A DNA stretch of 64,000 nucleotides from Dehalococcoidia bacterium (GCA_034422455.1 DAOUJQ010000023.1:108290-172289); one strand, 5' to 3'; counted from the stretch's first letter, positions 50,184 through 60,145 are shown. The notes: generated by a model from the sequence alone, not told the origin. Program-made: numbers and translations.

Positions 50184-51519
50184 CAACGTCTCAACAGCCG
50201 ATCTGCGCCAGCAGTTGGAGAACGCGGGCGTCGTCGTGGGCGCCGACCCCTCCTCGTACGCTATCGCGAACGCCGTACCCCTGGCGGTGGCGCTGCCGCG
50301 GACGGAGGAGGAGGTGTCGGCGGTTCTCGCTGTGGCTTCGCGGCTCGGCGCCGCTGTTGCGCCGTGGGGCGGCGGCACGCGATTGGGGTTGGGCAACCCG
50401 CCCGCCCGATACGACCTTGCCCTGGACATGCGGGGCCTCGGGCGCGTCGTGGTTCACGAGCCCTCCGATCTGACCGTCACCGTACAGGGCGGCTGCACGC
50501 TGGCCGCGCTGCAAGAGACGCTGGCACAGGCCCGGCAATGGCTGCCGCTGGACCCGCCGCTGCCCGACCGGGCCACCGTCGGCGGCGTGCTGGCAACAGG
50601 CGTCGGCGGCCCGCTTGGCGCCGCTTTCGGCCTCCCGCGGGAGATGGTCATCGGCATGCGCGCCGCATTGGCCGACGGGACGATTGTGAAGAGCGGCGGC
50701 AACGTGGTGAAGAACGTCACCGGGTTTGCCCTCGACCGGCTGCACGTGGGCGGCCTCGGGACGCTTGGGGTCATCGTGGAGGCAACGTTCAAGGTCCTCC
50801 CCCTTCCCCGGACCGAGGCCACCGTCGCGGCGCGGTTCACCGACGCAGCTGCGGCAGTCGCTGCCACGACCGCTGTAGAGGCCATCGGATTTCCGACGCT
50901 GGCCGTCGAGTTGGTGAGCGACGCCGCGTGGACGGTGATGCACCCGGGCTGGACGCCGCCGCCTCCGCCGGATGCCGAAGAGGGCGCCGAGGCCGTTCCG
51001 GGGCACTGGCTGATTTCGCGGTCCGCCGGGCGGCCATCGGGCGTTGCCCGCGCCCGGGACGCCTGGGCGGCCGCATGCGAGAGCAACGATGCAACCGAGG
51101 TGGAGTGGTTGGAAGACGCTGAGAGCTCCGCGCTCTGGGGCCGGATCACGGACCTGGGATGGGGGGACGGGACGCCCCTCTTGGCCGTCCGAACGGCGGC
51201 CCCGCCGTCGAAAGGGGCGGAACTGCTGGCCGCGCTGGGTGATTCGCCGTCCGTCGTCGCCCTCAGCGTCACCCGCGGGGTTGCGCGGGCCGCATGGGGG
51301 GCTTCGGAACTGCCGGACGATCCCGCGGCATATCTTGGGGAGCTGCGCGATGCCGTCACGGCCCTCGGCGGGTCTCTCGTCGTGGAGTCGGTGGCGCCTA
51401 TCGAGGGCGTGGACCCGTGGGGCCCGCCCGGCGAGGCGTACGAGGTCATGCGCGGGCTCAAGGACCAGTACGACCCCAAGGGCATCCTGAACCCCGGCCG
51501 GTTCATCGGAGGGATATAG
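50176..51519 (+). CDS. glcE: Glycolate oxidase subunit GlcE
   Basis: ATVGGVLA, GGNVVKNVTGF and KDQYDPKGILNPGRF motifs; lies between glcD and glcF. Confidence 0.88.
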   Translation: MSSNVSTADLRQQLENAGVVVGADPSSYAIANAVPLAVALPRTEEEVSAVLAVASRLGAAVAPWGGGTRLGLGNPPARYDLALDMRGLGRVVVHEPSDLTVTVQGGCTLAALQETLAQARQWLPLDPPLPDRATVGGVLATGVGGPLGAAFGLPREMVIGMRAALADGTIVKSGGNVVKNVTGFALDRLHVGGLGTLGVIVEATFKVLPLPRTEATVAARFTDAAAAVAATTAVEAIGFPTLAVELVSDAAWTVMHPGWTPPPPPDAEEGAEAVPGHWLISRSAGRPSGVARARDAWAAACESNDATEVEWLEDAESSALWGRITDLGWGDGTPLLAVRTAAPPSKGAELLAALGDSPSVVALSVTRGVARAAWGASELPDDPAAYLGELRDAVTALGGSLVVESVAPIEGVDPWGPPGEAYEVMRGLKDQYDPKGILNPGRFIGGI

Positions 51520-52850
51520 TGGCCGCCGGAACGCGGGGCAGGGTTGTGGCATCCGGTTTCATCGGGCCGGACGCCCCGAAGGCCGAGGACCTCTACCGCT
51601 GCGTCCACTGCGGGCTGTGCCTGAACGCATGCCCCACCTACGTAGAGACGGGCCTGGAGACCGAGTCGCCCCGAGGCCGCATCGCGCTGATGAAGGCCGT
51701 GTTCGAGGGGCGGGCGGGCATTGGCCCCGGCGTGGTGGAACACTGGGACCTGTGCATCCAGTGCCGTGCATGCGAGGCGGCCTGCCCGTCGGGCGTTCCC
51801 TACGGCCGTCTTATCGAGCAGGCCCAGGCGCAGGCCAGACCCCGGAACCGGGGAGTCCTCGGCCGCTTTCTCGCATGGCTTGCCTACGGCCTGCTGCTGC
51901 CCAACCCCGGCAAGCTCTACTTCGTCGGCGGGCTGCTGCGGCTCTACCAGCGCACCGGCCTGCGCCGGCTGGTGGGGGCAAGCCGCATCCTCCGGCTGGT
52001 CAGGCCCCTCGCCGAGGCCGAAGCGTCGTTGCCCGATCTCTCCCACCCGGCCTTTCGCGCCTGGGGGCAGGTCTACCCGGCCCAGGGCGCCGTGCAATAC
52101 CGGGCCGCGCTGCTCTCCGGCTGCGTCATGCCCCTCTTCCAGGGGCCGACGATGGAGGCCACCGTCCGCGTGCTGACCCGCAACGGCTGCGAGGTGCACG
52201 TGCCGGCCGCCCAGACGTGCTGCGGTTCGCTGAACCTGCACGGCGGCGACCTGGACGGTGGGCGCGCCATGGCACGCCGCAACATCGACGCCTTCCTGGC
52301 CGCGGGAGTGGACGTCGTGCTGTCGGCGTCCGCCGGGTGCGGCGTGTCCATGAAGGAGTACGCAGACCTGTTCCGCGATGACCCGGTGTACCTGCCAAGG
52401 GCCGAGCGGCTGGCGGCAATGACGCAGGACATCACGGAGTTCCTCGCCGCGCTGCCCGTCGACCCGCCGCGCGCCGCCGTCCCCATGCGCGTCACGTACC
52501 AGGACTCGTGCCACCTGGTGCACGCGCAGCGCATGTCCGCGCAGCCGCGGGCTTTGCTGGCGTCGGTCCCCGGACTGGAGCTGGTCGAGATGGAGCACCC
52601 GGACCGGTGCTGCGGCGCGGGCGGCAGCTACCAGCTGACCCAGCGGGAGATGTCCGGCCAGCTCCGCGCGCACAAGCTGGAGGACGCCGCGGCCACCGGC
52701 GCGGAGACCATCGCGACCGCCAACCCCGGCTGCATGGTGCAGCTTGCCCTCGGCGCCAGCGAGGCCGGACTGCCGGTGCGCGTCTGCCACGTCGTCGACC
52801 TGCTGGACGAGGCCTACCAACGGGAGGCCGCCGCCGCGGGACCGAAGTAG
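51519..52850 (+). CDS. glcF: Glycolate oxidase Fe-S subunit GlcF
   Basis: CVHCGLCLNACPT, CIQCRACEAACPSGV and two CCG domains. Confidence 0.92.
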   Translation: MAAGTRGRVVASGFIGPDAPKAEDLYRCVHCGLCLNACPTYVETGLETESPRGRIALMKAVFEGRAGIGPGVVEHWDLCIQCRACEAACPSGVPYGRLIEQAQAQARPRNRGVLGRFLAWLAYGLLLPNPGKLYFVGGLLRLYQRTGLRRLVGASRILRLVRPLAEAEASLPDLSHPAFRAWGQVYPAQGAVQYRAALLSGCVMPLFQGPTMEATVRVLTRNGCEVHVPAAQTCCGSLNLHGGDLDGGRAMARRNIDAFLAAGVDVVLSASAGCGVSMKEYADLFRDDPVYLPRAERLAAMTQDITEFLAALPVDPPRAAVPMRVTYQDSCHLVHAQRMSAQPRALLASVPGLELVEMEHPDRCCGAGGSYQLTQREMSGQLRAHKLEDAAATGAETIATANPGCMVQLALGASEAGLPVRVCHVVDLLDEAYQREAAAAGPK

Positions 52851-52918
52851 CTGCGGCGCTGCGGGCCCAGCGGCGCTGTTCGCATGCCCCGGTACCCGGA
52901 TTCCACACCTGAAACGTT

Positions 52919-52937
52919 ATTCCATCTATAATGGAAT
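52919..52937 (+). promoter_or_regulatory. Palindromic operator candidate overlapping a TATAAT box
   Basis: ATTCCAT-ctata-ATGGAAT containing TATAAT (52927-52932), upstream of the redoxin lipoprotein genes. Confidence 0.45.
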
Positions 52938-52961
52938 TGAACGAAAGGGGAGGGTGAAGGA

Positions 52962-54227
52962 ATGTTGCGTGCGTGGGGGCCTGCCGCGAAAGTCCGTCGT
53001 TGCATCCTGGGCCCAGCCGCCCTTCTGGCCATCGCCGCGCTGCTGACGGCCGCCTGCGGGGGGGACTCGGACGCGATGAGCCTGCGGGCGACGCCGACCC
53101 CGCTGCCGGACGCCGTTCCCCTCGATCTGCCGACGCTGGATGACGCTGCGCCGTCGACGGCCGTGCAGGAGTTCGGCCCTTATCCCGGCGAGGTTGGTTC
53201 TCCCGCCGAAGAGTTTCACGAGCAGGACCCCTCCGCTTGGATAAACTCCGGGCCGCTCACCATCGACGACCTGAAGGGCCGGGTGGTCCTCGTCGACTTC
53301 TGGACATACACCTGCGTTAACTGCATCCGCACGCTGCCGTACCTCCGGGAGTGGCACGAGAAGTACGGTGACCTGGGCCTCACCATCGTGGGCGTCCACG
53401 CGCCGGAGTTCGAGTTCGAGCACCTCCGGGAGAACGTGGAGGAGGCGGTCGAGGAGTTCGACATAGGCTGGCCGGTGGTCCAGGACAACGAGTTCCGGAC
53501 GTGGCAGGCCTACTTCAACCAGTTCTGGCCGGCCAAGTACCTCATCGACCAGCACGGGATCATCCGCTTCACCCACTTCGGCGAAGGCGCATACCTGGAG
53601 ACGGAAGAGCAGATACGCAACCTGCTGCTGGACGCGGGCGTGACGCTGGCGGGCGTCCCCGCCGGCACGGACGCGGGCCCGGAGTTCGACCCGCGCGCCC
53701 TGGTCAACGATTACGACACGGGACAGACCCGCGAGCTCTACGCCGGCCTCCGTCCGCAGTTCCTGGCGCGGATCCCCTACCTCCTGCAGCCGGAGATATA
53801 CAGCGCCACCCCCGGCGACCCCGTGACCTTCGAGGACCCGGGCGAGCACCAGAACCACTACCTCTATTTCCACGGGCAGTGGATACCCGATCAGGAAAAC
53901 GCCAGGCACGCACGGGAGACCGAGAACCTGGAGGACTACGTGGCGCTGCGCTTCAACGCGAAGAGTGTCAACGTGGTGATGGAGATCGACGAGGATCCCT
54001 ACCGCGTCTACGTCACGCTGGACGACCAGCCCGTGCCCGAGGCCGACTGGGGCCTGGACATCCAGCAGGACGAGGAGGGAGGCACGTACATCCTCGTCGA
54101 CAAGGACCGCATGTACCGGGTGATCGAGTCGCCGGAGTACGCCACTCACGAGTTGAAGCTCAGTTCCAACTCGGCGGACTTCACCATCTTTGCGTTCACC
54201 TTTGGGTCCTACCCCTCCGGGCCGTAG
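52962..54227 (+). CDS. DipZ-like redoxin lipoprotein (thioredoxin domain plus C-terminal beta domain, no CcdA domain)
   Basis: VVLVDFWTYTCVNC, GVHAPEFEFE, WPAKYLID and FAFTFG motifs; lipobox LTAAC. Confidence 0.85.
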   Translation: MLRAWGPAAKVRRCILGPAALLAIAALLTAACGGDSDAMSLRATPTPLPDAVPLDLPTLDDAAPSTAVQEFGPYPGEVGSPAEEFHEQDPSAWINSGPLTIDDLKGRVVLVDFWTYTCVNCIRTLPYLREWHEKYGDLGLTIVGVHAPEFEFEHLRENVEEAVEEFDIGWPVVQDNEFRTWQAYFNQFWPAKYLIDQHGIIRFTHFGEGAYLETEEQIRNLLLDAGVTLAGVPAGTDAGPEFDPRALVNDYDTGQTRELYAGLRPQFLARIPYLLQPEIYSATPGDPVTFEDPGEHQNHYLYFHGQWIPDQENARHARETENLEDYVALRFNAKSVNVVMEIDEDPYRVYVTLDDQPVPEADWGLDIQQDEEGGTYILVDKDRMYRVIESPEYATHELKLSSNSADFTIFAFTFGSYPSGP

Positions 54228-54257
54228 CCCGTGGGGCACATTCTGAGGAGGAAGCAT

Positions 54258-55232
54258 ATGCTCAAGGGCCTGCGGGTCCTGCTCATCGGCGCAGCCCTCG
54301 CCGCACTGCTCGCGGCGGGGTGCAACGGCGACAGCGGCGCGACAACGCCCGTTGAGCCGGCGCCCGCCGAACCCGTGCAGGCGGCGGATTCGGAGACCGC
54401 GACGGGGCTCAACGGCATCCTCGCCACCAAAGACCTTGGCGTCGGCGCCAACCGCGTTTCCTTCCTGCTGACCAGCCCCAAGGCGCTGGTGAAGGTGCCG
54501 ACGGCGACGGTCAAGTCGGTGAACCTGAGCGCCCCGGACTCCGTCGTGGAGACATCGACGGCCGAGTTCTTCCTCTGGCCCTTCGGGTCCCGCGGCAACT
54601 ACGTCACGGAGATGACCTTCGACCAGCCGGGCGATTGGCGCCTTGACGTCGAAGTCACGGAGGAGGACGGCACCGTCAGCATGGCGCAGATCCCGCTCTC
54701 GATTGCGGAGCGCAGCAACACGCCCTCCCTCGGCGACGTCCCGCCCTCGACCGGCAACAAGACCGCCCGCGACGTGGGCACGCTGGCGGAGCTGACGACG
54801 CGCTCCACCCCGGACCCGGACCTCTACCGGCAGACGGTGGAGGAGGCGCTTGCCGAGGAGCAGCCCGTGCTGGTGGTCTTTGCCAGCCCCGCCCTGTGCA
54901 CCAGCCCGACGTGCGGACCGCAGGTTGAGACGGTGGAGGAGCTGAAGGAGCAGTACAAGGGGCAGGCCGGCTTCATCCACGTCGAGATCTACGACAACCC
55001 CGCGGAAATCCAGGGAGACCTGGACCGCGCCCGCTACGCGCCCATGGTGGACGAGTGGGGCCTGACGGCCGAGACCGGCTACCTGAACGAGTCTTGGGTC
55101 TTCATCTTCGACGACGACGGCGCGCTGTCGTCCAAGTACCAGGGCTACGCCAGCATCGACGAGCTCACCAGGGGCCTCGACGCGGCGCTGATGACGAGCA
55201 TCGCCGCGATGATGGACTCGCCGGACTTCTGA
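54258..55232 (+). CDS. Lipoprotein with C-terminal thioredoxin-like domain (CTSPTC)
   Basis: Lipobox LAAGC, VLVVFASPALCTSPTCGPQV, FIHVEIY. Confidence 0.75.
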   Translation: MLKGLRVLLIGAALAALLAAGCNGDSGATTPVEPAPAEPVQAADSETATGLNGILATKDLGVGANRVSFLLTSPKALVKVPTATVKSVNLSAPDSVVETSTAEFFLWPFGSRGNYVTEMTFDQPGDWRLDVEVTEEDGTVSMAQIPLSIAERSNTPSLGDVPPSTGNKTARDVGTLAELTTRSTPDPDLYRQTVEEALAEEQPVLVVFASPALCTSPTCGPQVETVEELKEQYKGQAGFIHVEIYDNPAEIQGDLDRARYAPMVDEWGLTAETGYLNESWVFIFDDDGALSSKYQGYASIDELTRGLDAALMTSIAAMMDSPDF

Positions 55233-55261
55233 CCCATCTAGCGCTATCGGGCATAGCGAGG
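55172..55261 (+). repeat. 90-bp direct repeat, copy 1 (3' end of lipoprotein gene plus downstream hairpin)
   Basis: 85/90 identical to 56258-56347 by manual alignment. Confidence 0.92.
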
Positions 55262-55659
55262 ACGTGGACGCCGAGGCCGTCAACGTTCTCCATCCTTTCT
55301 CGCTTCCCCCAAGCATCGACGCTGTTTCCTCGGCCTGCCGCCCGCGGCGCCGGGGGAATTGTTTTTCCATTTGTTTTGTAGCGGCCGTGGCACGTCCCAG
55401 ATACAAAACAGAAAATTTTCATCAGGACAAATCAAACCCAGATCTGCCGGGCCGAGCGCAACCGGTCCTCCCTCCTGAGCAGGCGCGCAAGCAGCCGGGC
55501 GGCGTCGTGCTGCCGGGGGTCCTTGATTTCCTTCTCCATGCGTGGAGGGTAGAGGAGTCGTCCGTGTTCGCGCGAGGGATTGGTGGCAGGGGGCGGGGAC
55601 AAGTCCTGTACAATTCCGAGTATGCAGCTTCCACCCAGTTCCGCCCATTCGAGGTTGTA

Positions 55660-56253
55660 ATGGACGTTCCTGACGGTTACAGTGACATTCCCAGCGGCAA
55701 GACCGTGTCGGTCGTGACGCATCTTCAGATGTTCCAGCGGCCGCCAATGCGGCCGGAACATCCCGAGGCTTCATGGGCGCTCCGCAGGGTCGATGACGTT
55801 GACCCGGATTGGTACCGTTCCCTGTTCCGTCGGATAGGGGAGGACTGGCTGTGGTTCTCGCGCCTGCAGTTGAGCGACGAGGAGATTTGCGCAGTCCTTG
55901 GGAACGCCCTGCATAAGACGTACGTGTTCGAGGCGCAGGGGCGCGAGGAGGGGCTGGTGGAGCTCGACTTCGGCACTGAAGGCGAGTGCGAGATCAGCTT
56001 CTTCGGGTTGACGCCGCCGATGCTCGGCAAGGGCGCGGGCCGGTGGATGATGAACCGGGTGCTTGAGATGGCATGGTCCCGACCAATCCGCAGGCTGTGG
56101 GTGCACACCTGCTCCCTCGACCACCCTGCCGCGCTGGCCTTCTACATCAGGTCCGGCTTCACGCCGTACCGCAGGCAAGTCGAGGTTGCCGACGATCCGC
56201 GGGTGACGGGGTTGCTGCCGAGAACCGCCGCGCCGCACATGCCGATAATTTGA
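55660..56253 (+). CDS. GNAT-family N-acetyltransferase
   Basis: WYRSLFRRIG..WLWFSR, EISFFGL, LGKGAGRWMM and VHTCSLDHPAALAFY.RSGF motifs. Confidence 0.9.
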   Translation: MDVPDGYSDIPSGKTVSVVTHLQMFQRPPMRPEHPEASWALRRVDDVDPDWYRSLFRRIGEDWLWFSRLQLSDEEICAVLGNALHKTYVFEAQGREEGLVELDFGTEGECEISFFGLTPPMLGKGAGRWMMNRVLEMAWSRPIRRLWVHTCSLDHPAALAFYIRSGFTPYRRQVEVADDPRVTGLLPRTAAPHMPII

Positions 56254-56257
56254 GCGT

Positions 56258-56347
56258 GGGCCTCGACGCGGCGCTGATGACAGGCGTCGCCGCGATGATG
56301 GACTCGCCGGACTACTGACCCATCTAGCGCTATCAGGCATAGCGAGG
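56258..56347 (+). repeat. 90-bp direct repeat, copy 2
   Basis: Near-identical to 55172-55261; lies right after the GNAT stop codon. Confidence 0.92.
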
Positions 56348-56390
56348 CAACAGGTGGAGATGCGATGGACCAGTCCTCCGCCCGGCCTCG

Positions 56391-56852
56391 CTACATGCCC
56401 TCGCCGGGCAGCTCCGACGCCTGCCGCAGCCAGCTCGCCAGTTGCTCCTCGTCGACCTGCTCGTCCTCGTGGATGTGGAAGTAGCGCACGTCCGGGTGCT
56501 TCGACTCGACGGGAGGCAAGGGCTGCAGCGACGCGCCGTTCAGGAACGTCACCTTGATGTACTTGTTGAAGCAGTGGTAGGCCACGAACCAGCTCCGGCC
56601 GTCCATCCCGTAGAAGGGCGTGTTCCACTTCACGGCCTTCTGCACGCCGGGCACGGTGCGGTCGATGAGATCGTCCAGGTACCGACCGACGCCCTGCTTC
56701 CAGCCCGGCATGGCGGCGATGTACGCCTGCACGGGCGCGTCGCCGAACCCCTTGGCGATCTGCGGGTTGCCGCCGGACAGCAGCACGGGCTGCCCGCCGG
56801 CCTGATTTGCCCCGCTATCCTTCGCTTGCTTCCCGGACCTCTGACTCGTCAT
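56391..56852 (-). CDS. DUF1801 domain protein
   Basis: VQAYIAAMPGWKQ, KAVKWNTPFYG and IKVTFLNGASL.P.PP motifs. Confidence 0.88.
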   Translation of the reverse strand: MTSQRSGKQAKDSGANQAGGQPVLLSGGNPQIAKGFGDAPVQAYIAAMPGWKQGVGRYLDDLIDRTVPGVQKAVKWNTPFYGMDGRSWFVAYHCFNKYIKVTFLNGASLQPLPPVESKHPDVRYFHIHEDEQVDEEQLASWLRQASELPGEGM

Positions 56853-56898
56853 TCAGCGCGCTCCTGAACTGCGACGACTTTGTGCGTGAACCCCGCCC

Positions 56899-59136
56899 CT
56901 ACCCCCACAGCAGCTCCCGCAGCCCGTTCCGCCACGCGTCCGCCGCGTCGGCGAGCGGCACGTTCAGCAGCCGTCCGGCGTGCAGGCGGTCACCACCGAC
57001 GCGGCCAAGCCGGAGCGCCGGCACGTCGTGGCGCGCCGCCAGCCGGCGCAGCGACGGCAGCCGGCCCGGGTCCACGGAGACAACGATGCGGGAAGGCCCC
57101 TCGCCGAACAGCGCAGCATCCCACCGGCCCACCGGCCTTGCCGTCAGCGTCGCCCCGATGCCGCCGAGGATGCACGACTCCGCCAACGCAACGGCCAACC
57201 CGCCGTCACTGCAGTCGTGCGCGGACGCCAGCAGTCCCGCGCCGATAGCCTCGCGGCATACTTGCTGCACCCGCGTTTCCAGGTCCATGTCCAGCGCTGG
57301 CTGCCCCGCCACCATGCCGTGCAGCGCCTCCAGCGCCTCGCTGCCGGCCAGCGACGCGGCGTCGCCGTCCCACGCGCCCACTCCCAGCAGCACGATGACG
57401 TCGCCCTCGTTACGGAAGCCCGCGCCGCAGCGCTTCGTCACGTCCTCCAGCAGCCCCAGCGCGCCCACGACGGGTGTGGGGCGGATGGCTTGGTTCCCGC
57501 CCTCGTTGTAGAGGCTGACGTTGCCGCTGACCACCGGCACGCCAAGCGCGCGGCAGGCGTCCGCCATGCCCTTGATGCACTCCTCCAGCTGGTAGTACAC
57601 CTCCGGCCGCTCCGGGTTGCCGAAGTTCAGGCAGTCGGTCAGCGCGATGGGCTCCGCGCCGACGCAGGAAACGTTGCGGCATGCCTCTGCGACTGCCATC
57701 TGCCCGCCCACGTAGGGGTCCAGCCAGACCATGCGGCTGTTGCCGTCGGTGCAGGCCGCGATGCCGCGCCCCGTGTGAGGCCCGCCGTGACCCTCCCGCA
57801 GCAGCAGCACGGCGGCATCGGCGCCGCCCGGCGACTGCACCGTATTGGCTTGGACCTGCTGGTCGTACTGGCGGTACACGCCCGCGCGGCTCGCGATGTT
57901 TGCCGAAGCCAGCAGCCGCAGCAACGCCTCGCCGGGCTTCATGCCGGGGAGCGGCAGCGCGGAGAGTTCGACGCGCTGCGCCGCCTCCGTCTCGGCCGAC
58001 TTCACGCCGTTCAGCCGGTAGCGCGGCGCATCGACGAAGTGCTCCACGGGCACGTCGGCCGCCGGCGCTCCCGCGTCGTGGATGCGCACGGTGGCGTCGT
58101 CCGTCACGGTGCCGATGACGCTGGAGGTGAGGTCCCACTTGTCGAAGATCGGCCGCACCGCCTCCTCGTATCCCGGGCGCACCAGCAGCAGCATCCGCTC
58201 CTGCGACTCGGAGAGCATGATCTCGTACGGGTCCATGCCGGACTCGCGCCGGGGCACGCGGGAAACGTCCAGCGACAGCCCGCGGCCGCCCTTGCCCACG
58301 CACTCGACGGAGGCGCTCGTCAGGCCCGCCGCGCCCAGGTCCTGCATGCCGGCGATGCCCTCCGGGCAGGTCTGCAGCGCCTCAAGGCACGCCTCGATCA
58401 GCACCTTCTCCAGGAAGGGGTTGCCCACCTGCACCGTCGTGCGCAGCTCCTGCGTGTCCTCCAGGGTCTGCGACGCGAGGCCGGACGCGCCGTGAATGCC
58501 GTCGCGGCCCGTGTCCGCGCCGACGAGCAACAGCAGGTCGCCGGGGCCGGAGGGGATCGCCCGCACCAGGTCCTCCGTCCGCACCAGCCCAATGCACATC
58601 GCGTTGACCAGGGGGTTGTCGTCGTAGCACGCCGCGAAGGTGATCTCGCCGCCGACGTCGGGCACGCCAATACAGTTGCCGTACCAGGAGATGCCCTCCA
58701 CGACGCCGTGGAACAGCCGCCGGGTCCGCGCCGAGCCGGCCGGGCCGAAGCGCAGGGAGTTCAGCAGCGCGATGGGGCGCGCACCCATCGCCAGGATGTC
58801 GCGGACGATACCGCCGACGCCCGTCGCGGCGCCCTGGAACGGCTCCACGGCTGACGGGTGGTTGTGGGACTCGATCTTGAAGACGACGGAGAGGCCCCCG
58901 CCCACGTCGACGACACCCGCGTTCTCGGCGCCGGGCGATACGAGCACGCGGGGGGAGTCACCCGGGAACAGGGACAGCAGCGGGCGGGAGTGCTTGTACG
59001 CGCAGTGCTCGCTCCAGAGCGCGCCGAAGAGGCCAAGCTCCAGGGGGTTGGGCTCCCGGTCAAGCCGGTCTACGATGCCCTCGTATTCCTGCTGGCTGAG
59101 GGCGATCTCCTTGAGGACCTCTGGGCTGACCGGCAC
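56899..59136 (-). CDS. purL: Phosphoribosylformylglycinamidine synthase subunit PurL
   Basis: LWSEHC.YK, KIESHNHPS, GRDGIHGAS, LSESQERM, DCLNFGNP and HDCSDGG motifs. Confidence 0.96.
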   Translation of the reverse strand: MPVSPEVLKEIALSQQEYEGIVDRLDREPNPLELGLFGALWSEHCAYKHSRPLLSLFPGDSPRVLVSPGAENAGVVDVGGGLSVVFKIESHNHPSAVEPFQGAATGVGGIVRDILAMGARPIALLNSLRFGPAGSARTRRLFHGVVEGISWYGNCIGVPDVGGEITFAACYDDNPLVNAMCIGLVRTEDLVRAIPSGPGDLLLLVGADTGRDGIHGASGLASQTLEDTQELRTTVQVGNPFLEKVLIEACLEALQTCPEGIAGMQDLGAAGLTSASVECVGKGGRGLSLDVSRVPRRESGMDPYEIMLSESQERMLLLVRPGYEEAVRPIFDKWDLTSSVIGTVTDDATVRIHDAGAPAADVPVEHFVDAPRYRLNGVKSAETEAAQRVELSALPLPGMKPGEALLRLLASANIASRAGVYRQYDQQVQANTVQSPGGADAAVLLLREGHGGPHTGRGIAACTDGNSRMVWLDPYVGGQMAVAEACRNVSCVGAEPIALTDCLNFGNPERPEVYYQLEECIKGMADACRALGVPVVSGNVSLYNEGGNQAIRPTPVVGALGLLEDVTKRCGAGFRNEGDVIVLLGVGAWDGDAASLAGSEALEALHGMVAGQPALDMDLETRVQQVCREAIGAGLLASAHDCSDGGLAVALAESCILGGIGATLTARPVGRWDAALFGEGPSRIVVSVDPGRLPSLRRLAARHDVPALRLGRVGGDRLHAGRLLNVPLADAADAWRNGLRELLWG

Positions 59137-59426
59137 GGAACGGCCTCCATGGGGAACGAATGAAGGGACACATGGTCATGCGGGTACGCTGAAAACGGTA
59201 TCAACCCGCCAAATTGCAGTCAAGCCAAATTGCGGCTTGCCCTCGCGCGGCTGTTGGCGTATGCTTGCAAAACCCGATATTGGCCGTCGCCGCTAGGGTT
59301 GACGCTTGCATTGTTATGCGATATGCTCCCCTACGGTATTCTGGTGGCAGTGCCACTATGGGAAACTTGAGACTCATTAAGAAGGCTCCGGTTCTTGACC
59401 CCGGAAAATCGGCAAGGAGGCTTGCG

Positions 59427-60125
59427 GTGCGCACACCTAGGTTGTCTCGGCAGAGTATATCCCCTCGGCTGATCCTGAGTTTGACTCTGGCGTTGTCCCT
59501 TCTGTTCGCCACCGCGAGCAGTGTTTTGGCCGACGGGCACGAGGGCACGTTGCCGGCCTCGGGCGGCACGATCGAGTTCGCCAGCGGCGTCTCCATCAAG
59601 ACGCCCGACGGCGCCAGCAAGACCGACGTGACGGTCACCTACACGGCCCTCGAGGGCGACGACATCCCCGGCATGGCCCCTGAGGGCACGGCGATCGGTT
59701 CCTCCGTCTTCACCCTTGACGCCGGCGGCGCGAAATTCACGCAGCTTGCACAGGTCACAATCCCCTACACTGCGGACGACGTTGCCGCAGCCAAGGACGG
59801 CAGGAACGACAACATTGACGTGGGACTCTGGGACGACGTCAGCGGTTCTTGGATTGTGCAGCCCTCCATTCCGGACGTCTTGAACGATACGTTGACCGTC
59901 TCGCAGAATGAATTGGGCACGTACGCCATTCTCATCACGCTGCCCGACGTATTGCCGCCAACGCCGACCCCGACGCCGCCACCGCCGACGGCAACGCCGG
60001 ACGTGGAAGACCCCGACACCGGTGACATCGGAGTCAGCAACGGCATGATGATGGCGCTTGCCCTTCTGGGCGTGCTCTTCCTCATGGGCGGCGGCTACGT
60101 CCTGGCCCGCAGCCGCAACCGCTAG
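59427..60125 (+). CDS. Secreted protein with ZU5-like beta domain, Pro/Thr linker and sortase-type C-terminal signal (PDTGD-TM-RSRNR)
   Basis: GTG after AAGGAGG; signal peptide ending VLA; PTPTPTPPPPTATP; C-terminal motif, hydrophobic helix and basic tail. Confidence 0.7.
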   Translation: MRTPRLSRQSISPRLILSLTLALSLLFATASSVLADGHEGTLPASGGTIEFASGVSIKTPDGASKTDVTVTYTALEGDDIPGMAPEGTAIGSSVFTLDAGGAKFTQLAQVTIPYTADDVAAAKDGRNDNIDVGLWDDVSGSWIVQPSIPDVLNDTLTVSQNELGTYAILITLPDVLPPTPTPTPPPPTATPDVEDPDTGDIGVSNGMMMALALLGVLFLMGGGYVLARSRNR

Positions 60126-60145
60126 CCTGTAGCACAGGAACATCG

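Noticed and set aside
55262-55659. Gene or pseudogene between repeat copy 1 and the GNAT gene
   Set aside because: Short ORFs on both strands lack recognisable motifs; the 329-aa ORF is a GNAT with a spurious upstream extension.
59140-59420. Riboswitch upstream of purL (ZTP or purine)
   Set aside because: No consensus motifs found on the minus strand.
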